A stretch of DNA of 64,000 nt from an uncultured virus (IMG/VR IMGVR_UViG_3300042894_005760). Lineage: Duplodnaviria > Heunggongvirae > Uroviricota > Caudoviricetes. Below are positions 20,080-29,614 of this stretch, piece by piece. Each line of letters begins with the position of its first letter. Positions within the stretch are counted from its first letter, which is position 1. Location: the IMG/VR virus record IMGVR_UViG_3300042894_005760. The stretch is one strand, 5' to 3'. Under the pieces are notes generated by a model. The model was not told the DNA's origin, did no database searches, and saw only the letters and a program-made list of their open reading frames with translations. The position numbers were made by a program, and so were the translations under genes.

Positions 20080-21510
20080 ATGAATGATATAATTTCTATG
20101 ACAAAAGAAGAGAAAAAAATAAAAATAGAACAACTTAAAATACAAGCAGTTCAACTTAAAAAAGATGTTGAGTACTATAATGCAATGCAAACCGCATTAA
20201 AATTAGTATTAAATGGATCTTACGGAGCTTTTGCAACGGCTTACTTCATATTATATAATAATCACGTAGCAGGTACAATAACGGCACAAGGTCGTGACCT
20301 TACAAAAACAATGGATAGAGTAAATGAAGATTATTGGTATAACCAATGGCATCTTGATTTTGAAGTACATGATAAAGTAGGAATAAAAAATGTTACTCAA
20401 ATTGATAAAAATGAACATGTTAGTATTTATGCTGATACTGACTCATTATTTGTATCATTTAAACCTGCAATTGATCATTGTGATTGGGAGAATTTAGTTT
20501 TAAGTGAAGTTGATAAGATTGATAAAAAGTTTATTGTTCTTTCAAAAGAAAAAGTAAGACATAATAATCCAAATTGTGTTGCCGTAGTTCATTCAGTTAG
20601 TGAACTAAAAGATACAATTTGTAATGCGTATGACCTATTAGTATTTGATGGTCATTTCATTAAAGATAGAAATCTTAATACTATGATAAATGATGGTGTA
20701 TTTACATCGGAAATAAAATGGAATTGGACTAGTGAATTAGACTTAATTCAAGGTTTAGACCATTTCAGATATGGTGGATATTTCAAACAATGTTTAGAGA
20801 ATTATGCTGCTTCATTTGGAGTAGAGAATAAAGAAGATTTTGAGTTAGAAAAGATTTCTGAATCAATTATAAACATTGCTAAAAAGAAATACATTCAACA
20901 TATTGTACACGAAGATGGTATCAACTTTGATCCGATGAGTTATATATTCCCTAAAGGAGTTGAACTTGTAAGATCATCTACACCTTTATTTGCAAGAGAT
21001 AAGATTGTAGATATTGTAAGATACTTATTTTCTAATCCAGATACATTCAACATTAAAGAATTATTGAAGTTAGTTAAAAATCTTAGAAAAGAGTTTGAGT
21101 TGGCGGATATTGATGATATAGCGATGCAGTCTTCTTGTTCTAACTATGATGCTAAAATTATTGATGATAAGATTTTACCTTTACGATATGTAAATGGTGC
21201 TCACTTTGCAGTCAAGGCCGCAGCTTATCACAATTACCTATTAAATTTAGATAGAGCAGCACAACAGAAGTATGAGTTTATTAAATCGGGTACAAAGATT
21301 AAGTATTATGTTTGTAAGGATAAAACTGTAAATGATCAATTTGCTTATATGAGAGGCTCTTTTCCTCATGAGTTCGCTCCGCAGATAGATTATGACGAAC
21401 AGTTCGCGAAAGCTATACTTTCTCCAATTAATTCGATTATTGAACCATTAGGTTTACCTGAAATAACTAAAAGGTTGTCGGTCGTGATGGACATCTTCGG
21501 TGGCTTCTAA
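20080..21510 (+). CDS. Family B DNA polymerase, C-terminal subunit
   Basis: Motif B KLVLNGSYG, motif C YADTDSLF, KKKY and KGVELVRSS; no exonuclease domain and no DxxSLYP. Confidence 0.9.
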   Translation: MNDIISMTKEEKKIKIEQLKIQAVQLKKDVEYYNAMQTALKLVLNGSYGAFATAYFILYNNHVAGTITAQGRDLTKTMDRVNEDYWYNQWHLDFEVHDKVGIKNVTQIDKNEHVSIYADTDSLFVSFKPAIDHCDWENLVLSEVDKIDKKFIVLSKEKVRHNNPNCVAVVHSVSELKDTICNAYDLLVFDGHFIKDRNLNTMINDGVFTSEIKWNWTSELDLIQGLDHFRYGGYFKQCLENYAASFGVENKEDFELEKISESIINIAKKKYIQHIVHEDGINFDPMSYIFPKGVELVRSSTPLFARDKIVDIVRYLFSNPDTFNIKELLKLVKNLRKEFELADIDDIAMQSSCSNYDAKIIDDKILPLRYVNGAHFAVKAAAYHNYLLNLDRAAQQKYEFIKSGTKIKYYVCKDKTVNDQFAYMRGSFPHEFAPQIDYDEQFAKAILSPINSIIEPLGLPEITKRLSVVMDIFGGF

Positions 21511-21511
21511 T

Positions 21512-21542
21512 AAAAAATCCTCTCAAATTGAGAGGATTTTTT
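21512..21542. terminator. Bidirectional terminator
   Basis: AAAATCCTCTCA..TGAGAGGATTTT. Confidence 0.85.
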
Positions 21543-21852
21543 ATTCTAAATCTTTCTTTAGTTTTGTTGACCAAGTTGGTATATAGTTGATTGGCATACC
21601 AAATGGAGCACCACCTCCATCACCATTTAGAAGTAATTGTATCTGTTCTTCAATACCAGTTATGAATTTCATTTTTTCTTCAAAAGGCATACTATCATGA
21701 TAATATATCCATTCAAGTAATTCCTCCATAAATTGTATAGTAGTAGTTCCTTCTTTTGGTTGTTCCGTAGGTTGAAACTCTCCATTAGGACCTACAAACC
21801 TTTTATTGTCTTCACTTTCATTAAACTTATTAAATGTATCAATTCTTTTCAT
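21541..21852 (-). CDS. Hypothetical protein with capsid-targeting-like leader
   Basis: MKRIDTFNKFNES. Confidence 0.75.
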   Translation of the reverse strand: MKRIDTFNKFNESEDNKRFVGPNGEFQPTEQPKEGTTTIQFMEELLEWIYYHDSMPFEEKMKFITGIEEQIQLLLNGDGGGAPFGMPINYIPTWSTKLKKDLE

Positions 21853-21859
21853 ATATACT

Positions 21860-22588
21860 TTATGTTTTTGCTACTACTTTATCTTCTTGAAATGTAAAGT
21901 TATTTCCTTCTATTGTAACATCTTTACCTCTTACAATAATAAATGATTGTCCTTTATAAACGACTAGGTAGTCTGTATTCAACGATAATGATCCTGGTGA
22001 GTGAACTTTCACTTTTCTTGTTGATTCGCTAATAACGGCTCTATCATAAGGTTTAACTTGAATAGTTACTTCTTTACCTAACCAAATAAATTTACCATCA
22101 ATTCCAGAAATATCTTCTTCAACGGTTGGTGGAATAAAGTTTACAGAAATTCCTTTCTTTTCTTGTAATGATTGTTTAAAGAATCTTAGAGAATCTTGTT
22201 CTCCTACATTTCCTCTTCTGGAAGTATTGATTAAAACAGGTAAAGTAATACGTTTAAAGTATTTACCTTCCCAGTGATATATTTCTTTCATATTATTAGT
22301 CATAAAGTGATAAAATGCCGCTTCTGTTCTAATAGAATTTTCCTTAATAATTACTTTAAATACGGTATAGTTATTTACCATTTTACTGATATATTCACTA
22401 CTTATAATCTGACCTTCTATGTTTAAATCTTGATTCACACCATATCTAAAACCAAATGGTTCATATATACTTTCGATATATTTTTTAATTTTCCCATTTA
22501 ACCAATCTATTGAGTTAAATTCACCATATTTCTTAGTCATTACGTTCCCTAATTTTAAGGAACTTTCATTTAATTTGATCCATTTCAT
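21860..22588 (-). CDS. Possible PD-(D/E)xK nuclease-fold protein
   Basis: G..GE...D..GID......TIQVK arrangement; leader MKWIKLNES. Confidence 0.5.
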   Translation of the reverse strand: MKWIKLNESSLKLGNVMTKKYGEFNSIDWLNGKIKKYIESIYEPFGFRYGVNQDLNIEGQIISSEYISKMVNNYTVFKVIIKENSIRTEAAFYHFMTNNMKEIYHWEGKYFKRITLPVLINTSRRGNVGEQDSLRFFKQSLQEKKGISVNFIPPTVEEDISGIDGKFIWLGKEVTIQVKPYDRAVISESTRKVKVHSPGSLSLNTDYLVVYKGQSFIIVRGKDVTIEGNNFTFQEDKVVAKT

Positions 22589-22619
22589 AATGTATATATA
22601 AAAAAATAATATATAAAAT

Positions 22620-22826
22620 ATGAAAGAAGATGAAATATATCCATATTATCTAAAACATTTAGATAACAGACTTACGGAAGGTAAACTAAGTAGAGGTTCT
22701 TTTTCTCTGCTAAGAATTAGTGAAAGTGCTTTTAATGATTTCAAATATAGATTTGAAAATGATAAAGACTTCTCCCTTCAATTTAAGCGAGATAAGAGGA
22801 TTGATGATCTTTTTAATGATATATAA
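22620..22826 (+). CDS. Small hypothetical protein
   Basis: 68 aa ending KRDKRIDDLF. Confidence 0.7.
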   Translation: MKEDEIYPYYLKHLDNRLTEGKLSRGSFSLLRISESAFNDFKYRFENDKDFSLQFKRDKRIDDLFNDI

Positions 22827-22841
22827 ACAATATATAGTTGT

Positions 22842-23315
22842 ATGAAAAGTATAGTAACAGAAGAATTTTCCGGTCAAGAAAAGACTGATGAATTACTGGA
22901 TAAAATATCTAAGTATGGTATAATATCTTTGACTATACATGAAAAAGAATTTCTGGACGCAGTTTCTTTAGGTGATGAAGAAATAGTTAAAACTAAAATG
23001 AGAATTCTAAGTACTGATACTATTTTTGAAGATGATTACTTTAAGTTTGAATTAGATGATATAAAGTATGAAGAAGATGGTATTGAATATATTGGTACTT
23101 TATATGTGCCAGATTTAGAAAAATCACATAAAACAATAGAAGGAAACTTAAAAGGTAAAATAATACTTTATAATACCGGTGCTTATTCACTTGATTTTTT
23201 AAAAGTTGTAAATGAGAAGGGTAAAGTGGTAGAATATGATGTTTTTGAGTTCTGTAGTGGACTAGAATATGAATTGGATAGCTTTATAGACTATGTGGTT
23301 CAAGAATTAGGTTAA
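22842..23315 (+). CDS. Hypothetical protein with N-terminal DUF6576-like motif
   Basis: DELLDKISKYGIISLTIHEKEFL. Confidence 0.7.
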   Translation: MKSIVTEEFSGQEKTDELLDKISKYGIISLTIHEKEFLDAVSLGDEEIVKTKMRILSTDTIFEDDYFKFELDDIKYEEDGIEYIGTLYVPDLEKSHKTIEGNLKGKIILYNTGAYSLDFLKVVNEKGKVVEYDVFEFCSGLEYELDSFIDYVVQELG

Positions 23316-23362
23316 AAACAGGTATTTTAAATTTAATATATAATAAAAAATAATTATTTGAT

Positions 23363-23950
23363 ATGATTAAAAGATATAATCAATTCGTAGATGACAAAAT
23401 AAATGAAGAGTTTACTGCTGGACCTGAACAAGCTCCTGCACCAACAAGAAGAGAAACTGAAACTCCAACTAGACCAGATACAGATAGACCTACTGCTCCT
23501 AGACCAACTAGACCAGGTGTTATTCCAGATGATGTTCCAAGTGAACAAGATAATCCATTGGCTAAAAATAATCCATTTGATGGTGGTGATGGTGGATTCT
23601 CTGATGGTGGAAGTCAAGAGTTTGATGGTGAAGTAGAAGAAGAAGATCCTTATATAGCTAAACTAAAAGAATTGGCAGTAGCTTTAAAATTAGGTGAAGA
23701 TGTAGTTCAAAATAATAGAATTATCTTGAAAAAAAATCCAGAAGATAAAGGAAAAGAGATTACTTTCCCTTCTGAAACTGGAAAGTTCCACGTTGATAGA
23801 AAGAAATTTGATACAGTTGAACAAGTTGTAGATTACTTAAATGGTGGTACTACACCAAATGCACCAAAATTAGAAGATGAAGATCGTATTGATCCTGAGT
23901 TTGAGGCAAAAAGTTATAGATTCTCAAGAAGAGAAAGAAGATTAAAATAA
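23363..23950 (+). CDS. Pro-rich hypothetical protein, probable internal head protein
   Basis: MIKRYNQF..KINEE leader; late motif at 23332. Confidence 0.75.
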   Translation: MIKRYNQFVDDKINEEFTAGPEQAPAPTRRETETPTRPDTDRPTAPRPTRPGVIPDDVPSEQDNPLAKNNPFDGGDGGFSDGGSQEFDGEVEEEDPYIAKLKELAVALKLGEDVVQNNRIILKKNPEDKGKEITFPSETGKFHVDRKKFDTVEQVVDYLNGGTTPNAPKLEDEDRIDPEFEAKSYRFSRRERRLK

Positions 23951-23966
23951 TATCTTTATAATAAAT

Positions 23967-23997
23967 AAAAAACCACTCATATGAGTGGTTTTTTTTA
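23967..23997. terminator. Bidirectional terminator
   Basis: A-run, CCACTCATATGAGTGG, T-run. Confidence 0.85.
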
Positions 23998-24315
23998 TGG
24001 TTGATTTTCTTCAACCGTTTCATCTACTGAATTACTAACGTCTGATTTCTTTTCACTTTGTATTTGGCTAACCATGTAACCTGCTACAACAAACTGAATA
24101 GAAGCCCATCCACCAAACTCAATCATAGTCATTGTTTCAAATTTACTTAATAGGAAAAATATCATTCCCCATTCTGCAATTACAAATCCAATTCCTGACT
24201 CAACTCTCTTTTTAGAAAAGTATGAATCTTGTGTAGAATAGATTTTCATAATCTCTGTGAAGAACCATTTGATACTTCCAAAGAATCCTAATTTCTTTTT
24301 AACTTCTTCTGCCAT
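23995..24315 (-). CDS. Small two-TM membrane protein (holin candidate)
   Basis: Two hydrophobic segments; late motif upstream; start moved to MAEEVKKK. Confidence 0.6.
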   Translation of the reverse strand: MAEEVKKKLGFFGSIKWFFTEIMKIYSTQDSYFSKKRVESGIGFVIAEWGMIFFLLSKFETMTMIEFGGWASIQFVVAGYMVSQIQSEKKSDVSNSVDETVEENQP

Positions 24316-24354
24316 AATAAGTCTTTTTCTTTTATATATTAAAACAAAAAACAT

Positions 24355-24421
24355 AAAAAAAGAGCCTTTCAGAAGTGAAAGGCTCTTTTCAATTGGTCCC
24401 ACTGCTTTCTCAGGGCGTGAT
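24355..24421 (-). ncRNA. Candidate ~66-nt small RNA
   Basis: AAAAC-N17-TATAA at 24427-24453 (minus), GC-rich 5' hairpin, GAGCCTTTCA/TGAAAGGCTC terminator with U-run; no ATG-initiated ORF. Confidence 0.45.
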
Positions 24422-24451
24422 AAGATTTATATTTTTATATTTTAGAAAGTT

Positions 24452-25648
24452 TTATAGTTTTTTAAATTCTTCAAATTTTCTATTATAGTCAACTTCTTCT
24501 TTATTATTTCTTCTATGTTTGAACTTTGGAATCCATTTGACATCTAAAATATCCTTACTAAAAAATAATGGAAGTTTTAACTTTTTAAACGCATCTGGTG
24601 TTAGTTGACATAATTTATTTATATCTTTTACTTTACTAATTCTATGCAATAAACTAAACGGATCATTAGAATTCTTTTGATCAACAATACTCTCAAATAA
24701 CTTATTCCATAGAAAAATTGAATATCCTTCTTTTAACTTCTCTTCGGATTTCTTAAATCCTGCCTCATCATTATCGAAAAAGTATTGTAAATCAAATCCA
24801 CTATTTTCTAAAAATCTAAAATCTGTATTTACACCAACTAAACCAATTGAGTTAGGATAAAAAAGAGAGTCTAAGTAACCTTCAAAAACAGTAATCATTC
24901 TATCAAAATCAACATTAAGTATATTAAAGTAATAAGATAATTTGTTATAAATAACTAACTCATTTATATCAACTTGTTTAGGTTCTTCTTTTGCTAGATT
25001 TACCCATTCTAATATATTTTCATAGTTATAGATTTTAAACATTCTTTTTCTACCTTCTTTAAGATTACGAACTTGCATCCCTAATAACTTAGTATCTCTA
25101 CGATTAAGCATTACTATAATCCATTCCGATTCATCTTCATTCTTCCAATACTTTGCTTGGTAAATATTTTTATGTTTATCTGGCTCTATACCACGACCAA
25201 TTAGATACTTGTAGATACCACCATTTACTTGAATAGGTTTAAAGTCTGAGAAAGGTGTTAGATTAAGTTCAATAGATTTCTCTAAATCACTTAAATCTAT
25301 TAAGTTATCAAATTTTGCATCAACAAACTCACTTTGATAATCATTATAAGTCATAATTGAATCTAAGTGTTCAATCATCTCTAATTTCTTATCAGGATCA
25401 ATTTGTTCATTGAACTCTTTACACATTCTATCGAATGTAGTTTTCTTATCACAGTTGAAACAAATAAAAACTAAACGATTAAAATAAAGATTACCACGTT
25501 TTGCATGGTTATTTCGATGACTATCTCCACAAAATGGACAAGCAAAGTTCAAACGGTCAGAGTAATCGTTTACTCTACGTTTTTGAACATTTGCAAACTC
25601 TTTATCGAGAATTTTTTGAAGAATATTTTTAATATAGACTTTATCCAT
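24452..25648 (-). CDS. DNA primase (T4 gp61-like)
   Basis: Zn ribbon CPFCGDS..CFNC; TOPRIM VFEGYLDS and FDNDEAG; KDIN. Confidence 0.9.
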   Translation of the reverse strand: MDKVYIKNILQKILDKEFANVQKRRVNDYSDRLNFACPFCGDSHRNNHAKRGNLYFNRLVFICFNCDKKTTFDRMCKEFNEQIDPDKKLEMIEHLDSIMTYNDYQSEFVDAKFDNLIDLSDLEKSIELNLTPFSDFKPIQVNGGIYKYLIGRGIEPDKHKNIYQAKYWKNEDESEWIIVMLNRRDTKLLGMQVRNLKEGRKRMFKIYNYENILEWVNLAKEEPKQVDINELVIYNKLSYYFNILNVDFDRMITVFEGYLDSLFYPNSIGLVGVNTDFRFLENSGFDLQYFFDNDEAGFKKSEEKLKEGYSIFLWNKLFESIVDQKNSNDPFSLLHRISKVKDINKLCQLTPDAFKKLKLPLFFSKDILDVKWIPKFKHRRNNKEEVDYNRKFEEFKKL

Positions 25649-25714
25649 ACAGAATATATTGTAAAAAGCTTACTAAGTTTAAATAAAAAATCCTCTTAAA
25701 AAAGAGGATTTAAT

Positions 25715-26872
25715 TTATTCTTTACATTTACATTCACAACCGTCATCACAATCACATTCTGATTTTGTATTATCACAACAAGCACAATATTCTTGACTTC
25801 CTAATCTTCTAGCTTGAGCTTTTAATCTATTACCATAAGGATCTTGACGAGTTTCATCACCATTTGCACTAAAGTCATTAGTTTTATCTGCCATAATCAT
25901 AAGATTAGTTTCTGGTTGCATAGAAATAGTTGAACTTTGTAGTCCGGGAATTTGAGTTTGGCTCTCATTAAAATCACTAAATGTTTTAACTCTTCTTGTA
26001 GGTATATTAGTTCTAACTACGTTTTCTGGTTTATTAGTATCTTTAATGATGAACTCTTTAATAAAAGGCCACAATTCTTCGTGATCTAAATCTTCACTTG
26101 AAAGTGCATGTGTCATATGTTTAACATTTCCTGGGTCATCATCAGAGAAACCAACTTTTGCAACAAATCCAATTTTTTCTGCATATCCATTTACATCAGT
26201 AATAAATTCTCTTAAAGCATCTTCTTTTGCTGCTTCTGGATTAGCAGGTGAACCACCTCTTGAAGGCGCAGAAACACCAACAAAGTGACATAAATCTAAG
26301 TAGTTTTTAACTAATTCACTTTGAGAGAAATTTGTAATACTTTCATAACTTTCTTCATTTCTTGATTTACCAAAAAGTTGAAGGTACATAAGTAAACTAT
26401 CATGCATTTTCTCTTTATCTTGTTGATCTAAACCGTCGATAATATATTCAACACCTTTTCTCATTCCTTCTGATTCGTGACCACGTGCAGTTATAATTGC
26501 AAATAAAGAACCATTAGTTAAACACTCAATAAAATCTTCCCAAGCAGGTGCAAATGCTTCCATTTGTAATGCCTTAGCAACATCCTTTTTGAATATTTCT
26601 GGATCTTCTATATCTCTAAAATTTCTAAATGCAGTATTATAATCTAAACCAACAATAGTTTTTCCATCATATTCAAATTCTTCTTTTCCTATTTTAGAAC
26701 GATAAACCGCAAAGTCTGCTGTACTCATACCAACTTCTTCACCATCTTCGGTTTGTACCATAATTTCAGTTGGCATGTTTAGTATATTGTCATCCCAATC
26801 AAATGCATAAAAAAGTAAAGTTCCTTTACCATCAACACTTTCTTTGATAAAATTATTAAATTTTAATAACAT
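25715..26872 (-). CDS. HAD-superfamily protein with Cys-rich tail
   Basis: AFDWDDNI, IITARGH, AAK and FSDDD motifs; C-terminal CACCD..CDCDDGCECKC. Confidence 0.75.
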   Translation of the reverse strand: MLLKFNNFIKESVDGKGTLLFYAFDWDDNILNMPTEIMVQTEDGEEVGMSTADFAVYRSKIGKEEFEYDGKTIVGLDYNTAFRNFRDIEDPEIFKKDVAKALQMEAFAPAWEDFIECLTNGSLFAIITARGHESEGMRKGVEYIIDGLDQQDKEKMHDSLLMYLQLFGKSRNEESYESITNFSQSELVKNYLDLCHFVGVSAPSRGGSPANPEAAKEDALREFITDVNGYAEKIGFVAKVGFSDDDPGNVKHMTHALSSEDLDHEELWPFIKEFIIKDTNKPENVVRTNIPTRRVKTFSDFNESQTQIPGLQSSTISMQPETNLMIMADKTNDFSANGDETRQDPYGNRLKAQARRLGSQEYCACCDNTKSECDCDDGCECKCKE

Positions 26873-26942
26873 AGTATTATAATATTTTTTATTATATATT
26901 AAATTTCATTTATAAAAAAAGAGGACTAAATCCTCTTTCTTA

Positions 26943-27251
26943 TTATCTCTTATTGAAAAAAGACTGAAAAGATTCTAGTGCCTTTTCATCATCGTCATCA
27001 TCGTCATCGTCATCATCGTCATCTTGACCTTCTGATTCTTCGTCTCCGAAATCTTCTTCTTCTTGACCATCAAAATCTTTAAATCCTTTAACGTCGTCAT
27101 CTGATTCTTCATCTTGACCTTGCCCTTCTTCAGGTGCTTCAAGAGTGAATTCTTCAACTGTTTCACCATCTAATTCAGCTTTAACAGTTACAACACCATC
27201 AACTTCTTCAATTTCGATTTCATATCCAAGTACTTCAACTTTAGTTTTCAT
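26943..27251 (-). CDS. Highly acidic small protein
   Basis: Long poly-Asp run; ends LESFQSFFNKR; late motif upstream. Confidence 0.75.
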   Translation of the reverse strand: MKTKVEVLGYEIEIEEVDGVVTVKAELDGETVEEFTLEAPEEGQGQDEESDDDVKGFKDFDGQEEEDFGDEESEGQDDDDDDDDDDDDEKALESFQSFFNKR

Positions 27252-27299
27252 ATATGTTTATTATTTTTTTATTATATATTAAATTATTAAACGTCTTTT

Positions 27300-27950
27300 T
27301 TACACTTTTACATACTTATAGTCTAAGTTAGGTAACTTCTCTTTAATTACCTTAGTAGCACCTTTTAAATACTTTATATTATCATCGTAAAATATAACCT
27401 TATCAAATCCAGTTTGCTTAACTAGTTCAACAATCTTTTCACCTTTCCAACCACCTGCATTATAGTGATTTTCATAAGGATACATATGAAGTCCATATTT
27501 AGGATATTCTAATCCTAACTCTTTCATAACTTTTTCAATTTTATCTCTAATCTTTTCTGAACGAGCAGTTACTATACATTTATTCTCAATTGAATTATAA
27601 AATTCTGCCAATTCTAATACTTCAGTTGGTAAACTTAAATCAGTCATACCAAATATATCTGGTGCCATAAGATAAATCCTTTTACCTTTTCTAACCCAGT
27701 TTCCTTTTACTTCAATGTTCTCATTTGGATCTTCTACATAAATTCTACCATCTTGCCATTTTAAGTCTGACTTATTTACTCCAATACTTGCAGTTGATTT
27801 ATCTACTATTTCTTTTATAGAAACATCTTCTGTTAAGTATTCAATAACAAATTCTTCAAACTCTGGTGTATTCACAAGAGTATCGTCAAAATCGAACACA
27901 TATAATGTGTCATTATTCTTAAATGTCTCAAAAATCTTTAAATACTTCAT
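27300..27950 (-). CDS. HAD-superfamily phosphatase (RNA-repair HAD-like)
   Basis: FDFDDTL, VTAR, WKG and FYDD motifs; leader MKYLKIFETF. Confidence 0.8.
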   Translation of the reverse strand: MKYLKIFETFKNNDTLYVFDFDDTLVNTPEFEEFVIEYLTEDVSIKEIVDKSTASIGVNKSDLKWQDGRIYVEDPNENIEVKGNWVRKGKRIYLMAPDIFGMTDLSLPTEVLELAEFYNSIENKCIVTARSEKIRDKIEKVMKELGLEYPKYGLHMYPYENHYNAGGWKGEKIVELVKQTGFDKVIFYDDNIKYLKGATKVIKEKLPNLDYKYVKV

Positions 27951-28010
27951 ATCAGTATATATTAAACTTTTACTTTATTTTATAATAAAAACAAAAAATA
28001 ATACCCATAA

Positions 28011-28670
28011 ATGAAAAACGACTTACAAAAATTTCTACGAAGTCAATCTATTTCAAGTACCTTTCAAGACAATTACTTTAAACATTTACAAAGAAAAAAC
28101 AGCACTCCTATGTTATTAGAGGATAATGGTATGTCTGTTGATGTTTTCTCAAAGTTATTAGATGATAGGATTATCTTTTTATCTACTGAAGTTGATGAGT
28201 ATGTTACAAACATAATCAAAGCACAACTTCTTTATTTAGAATCCGAAAGTGATGATGACATATCAATTTATATTGATTCACCAGGTGGTTCAGTTTATAC
28301 CGGATTAGGTTTACTTGATGTAATGGACTTTGTTAAACCAGACATTGTTACAATCAATACGGGGCTTGCTGCATCAATGGCTGCAGTAATTCTATGTTCT
28401 GGTACAAAAGGTAAGAGAATGGCTCTTAAAAGAAGTAGAACAATGATACACCAACCATTATCCTATGCTGGATATCAACAAGCATCAGATTTAGAGATTG
28501 AAGTAAAAGAGGTAAACTCTTTGAAAAAAGAACTTTATGAAATAATTTCTGATAAATCTGGACAAGCTTTTGATAAAGTTGCGAAAGATGGTGATAGAGA
28601 TTATTGGATGACTGCACCTGATGCAAAAAAGTATGGAATTATCGATGAGATAATATTAAAAAGAAAATAA
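28011..28670 (+). CDS. clpP: ATP-dependent Clp protease proteolytic subunit
   Basis: DVFSKLLDDRIIFL, YIDSPGG, GLAASMA, MIHQP and RDYWM motifs. Confidence 0.97.
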   Translation: MKNDLQKFLRSQSISSTFQDNYFKHLQRKNSTPMLLEDNGMSVDVFSKLLDDRIIFLSTEVDEYVTNIIKAQLLYLESESDDDISIYIDSPGGSVYTGLGLLDVMDFVKPDIVTINTGLAASMAAVILCSGTKGKRMALKRSRTMIHQPLSYAGYQQASDLEIEVKEVNSLKKELYEIISDKSGQAFDKVAKDGDRDYWMTAPDAKKYGIIDEIILKRK

Positions 28671-28675
28671 TATGA

Positions 28676-29134
28676 ATGGAAGATATAACATTTTTATCGG
28701 ATGATGAAAAAGTTCAGAAGTTAGTGGTTGATGTTAAACATAAGTTTAATTTATTTAGTGTGAGTAATACTTTATTTCCAAAAAATGAAATTAGTGATTC
28801 TGATTTGATAAATTTTTTTGAAAAAATTGTAGATAAAACAACTATGATTTTAAATGCACCTACTGGTACATTTAATAAAAATATAAATAATCAATTAGAA
28901 TTACTTACATATAATGTATCAACATCACAAAGCTCTACACTAGATGACTTGGCACAAATTGTTATTGGTTATTTAAAGGACTCTGAAGTTATTGGATTTT
29001 ATAATTTAACGTATGATCCTAATAGTTTTCGATATAATATAAGGTTATATAAGTATGAAGATGATTTACGTTTAAAAGCAATTAAACGTGAAAAGAAAAT
29101 AGATGATTTATTAAATGATAAACCAGTTTTCTAA
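28676..29134 (+). CDS. Hypothetical protein
   Basis: 152 aa ending KREKKIDDLL. Confidence 0.75.
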   Translation: MEDITFLSDDEKVQKLVVDVKHKFNLFSVSNTLFPKNEISDSDLINFFEKIVDKTTMILNAPTGTFNKNINNQLELLTYNVSTSQSSTLDDLAQIVIGYLKDSEVIGFYNLTYDPNSFRYNIRLYKYEDDLRLKAIKREKKIDDLLNDKPVF

Positions 29135-29136
29135 AT

Positions 29137-29166
29137 AAAAAAACCACTCATTTGAGTGGTTTTTTT
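29137..29166. terminator. Bidirectional terminator
   Basis: A-run, CCACTCATTTGAGTGG, T-run. Confidence 0.85.
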
Positions 29167-29167
29167 A

Positions 29168-29491
29168 TTATGCTTGATCCCCGTTTTCTGGTTTAGCTTT
29201 TGGCTTTCTTCTTCTACGTGGTTTAGCTTTCTTCTCAGCAACAACCTCTGTTGAAACCTCTTCTGCTTTAACTTCAGTTTTCTTAATAGCAGGTGTTCTT
29301 TTTGCTTTAATCTCTTTAGCAGTTACTTTAGTTTCCTCAGCTTTTACAACTGGTACTTCTTGTTTAACTTCTTTTACCACTTCTTTTTTAATTTCCTCAG
29401 CTTTTACAACTGGTACTTTTACTTCTGGAGTTGGACAAGTTTCTGTCTCTTTTGCTCCAAAAATTCCTTTTAAGAATTTGAATAATCCCAT
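29168..29491 (-). CDS. Lys/Glu/Val-rich low-complexity protein
   Basis: Amphipathic MGLFKFLKGIFG start, VPVVKAEE twice, basic KPRRRRKPK. Confidence 0.7.
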   Translation of the reverse strand: MGLFKFLKGIFGAKETETCPTPEVKVPVVKAEEIKKEVVKEVKQEVPVVKAEETKVTAKEIKAKRTPAIKKTEVKAEEVSTEVVAEKKAKPRRRRKPKAKPENGDQA

Positions 29492-29614
29492 AATATTTAA
29501 TTTATTTTTTTATTATATATTCAATTTACTCTTCCCCCTTTGTAAAAAACCCCAAAAAAACGACAAATACTTCATAAACTAAACAAATACAAGGTTTTAA
29601 TATATAATAATGAG

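Noticed and set aside
20460..20730. Intein in the polymerase insert
   Set aside because: No recognisable splice junction (HN followed by C/S/T) or intein blocks
24395..24420. TPP riboswitch or hammerhead (CTGAGA, GAAA)
   Set aside because: Remaining conserved elements and stems are missing
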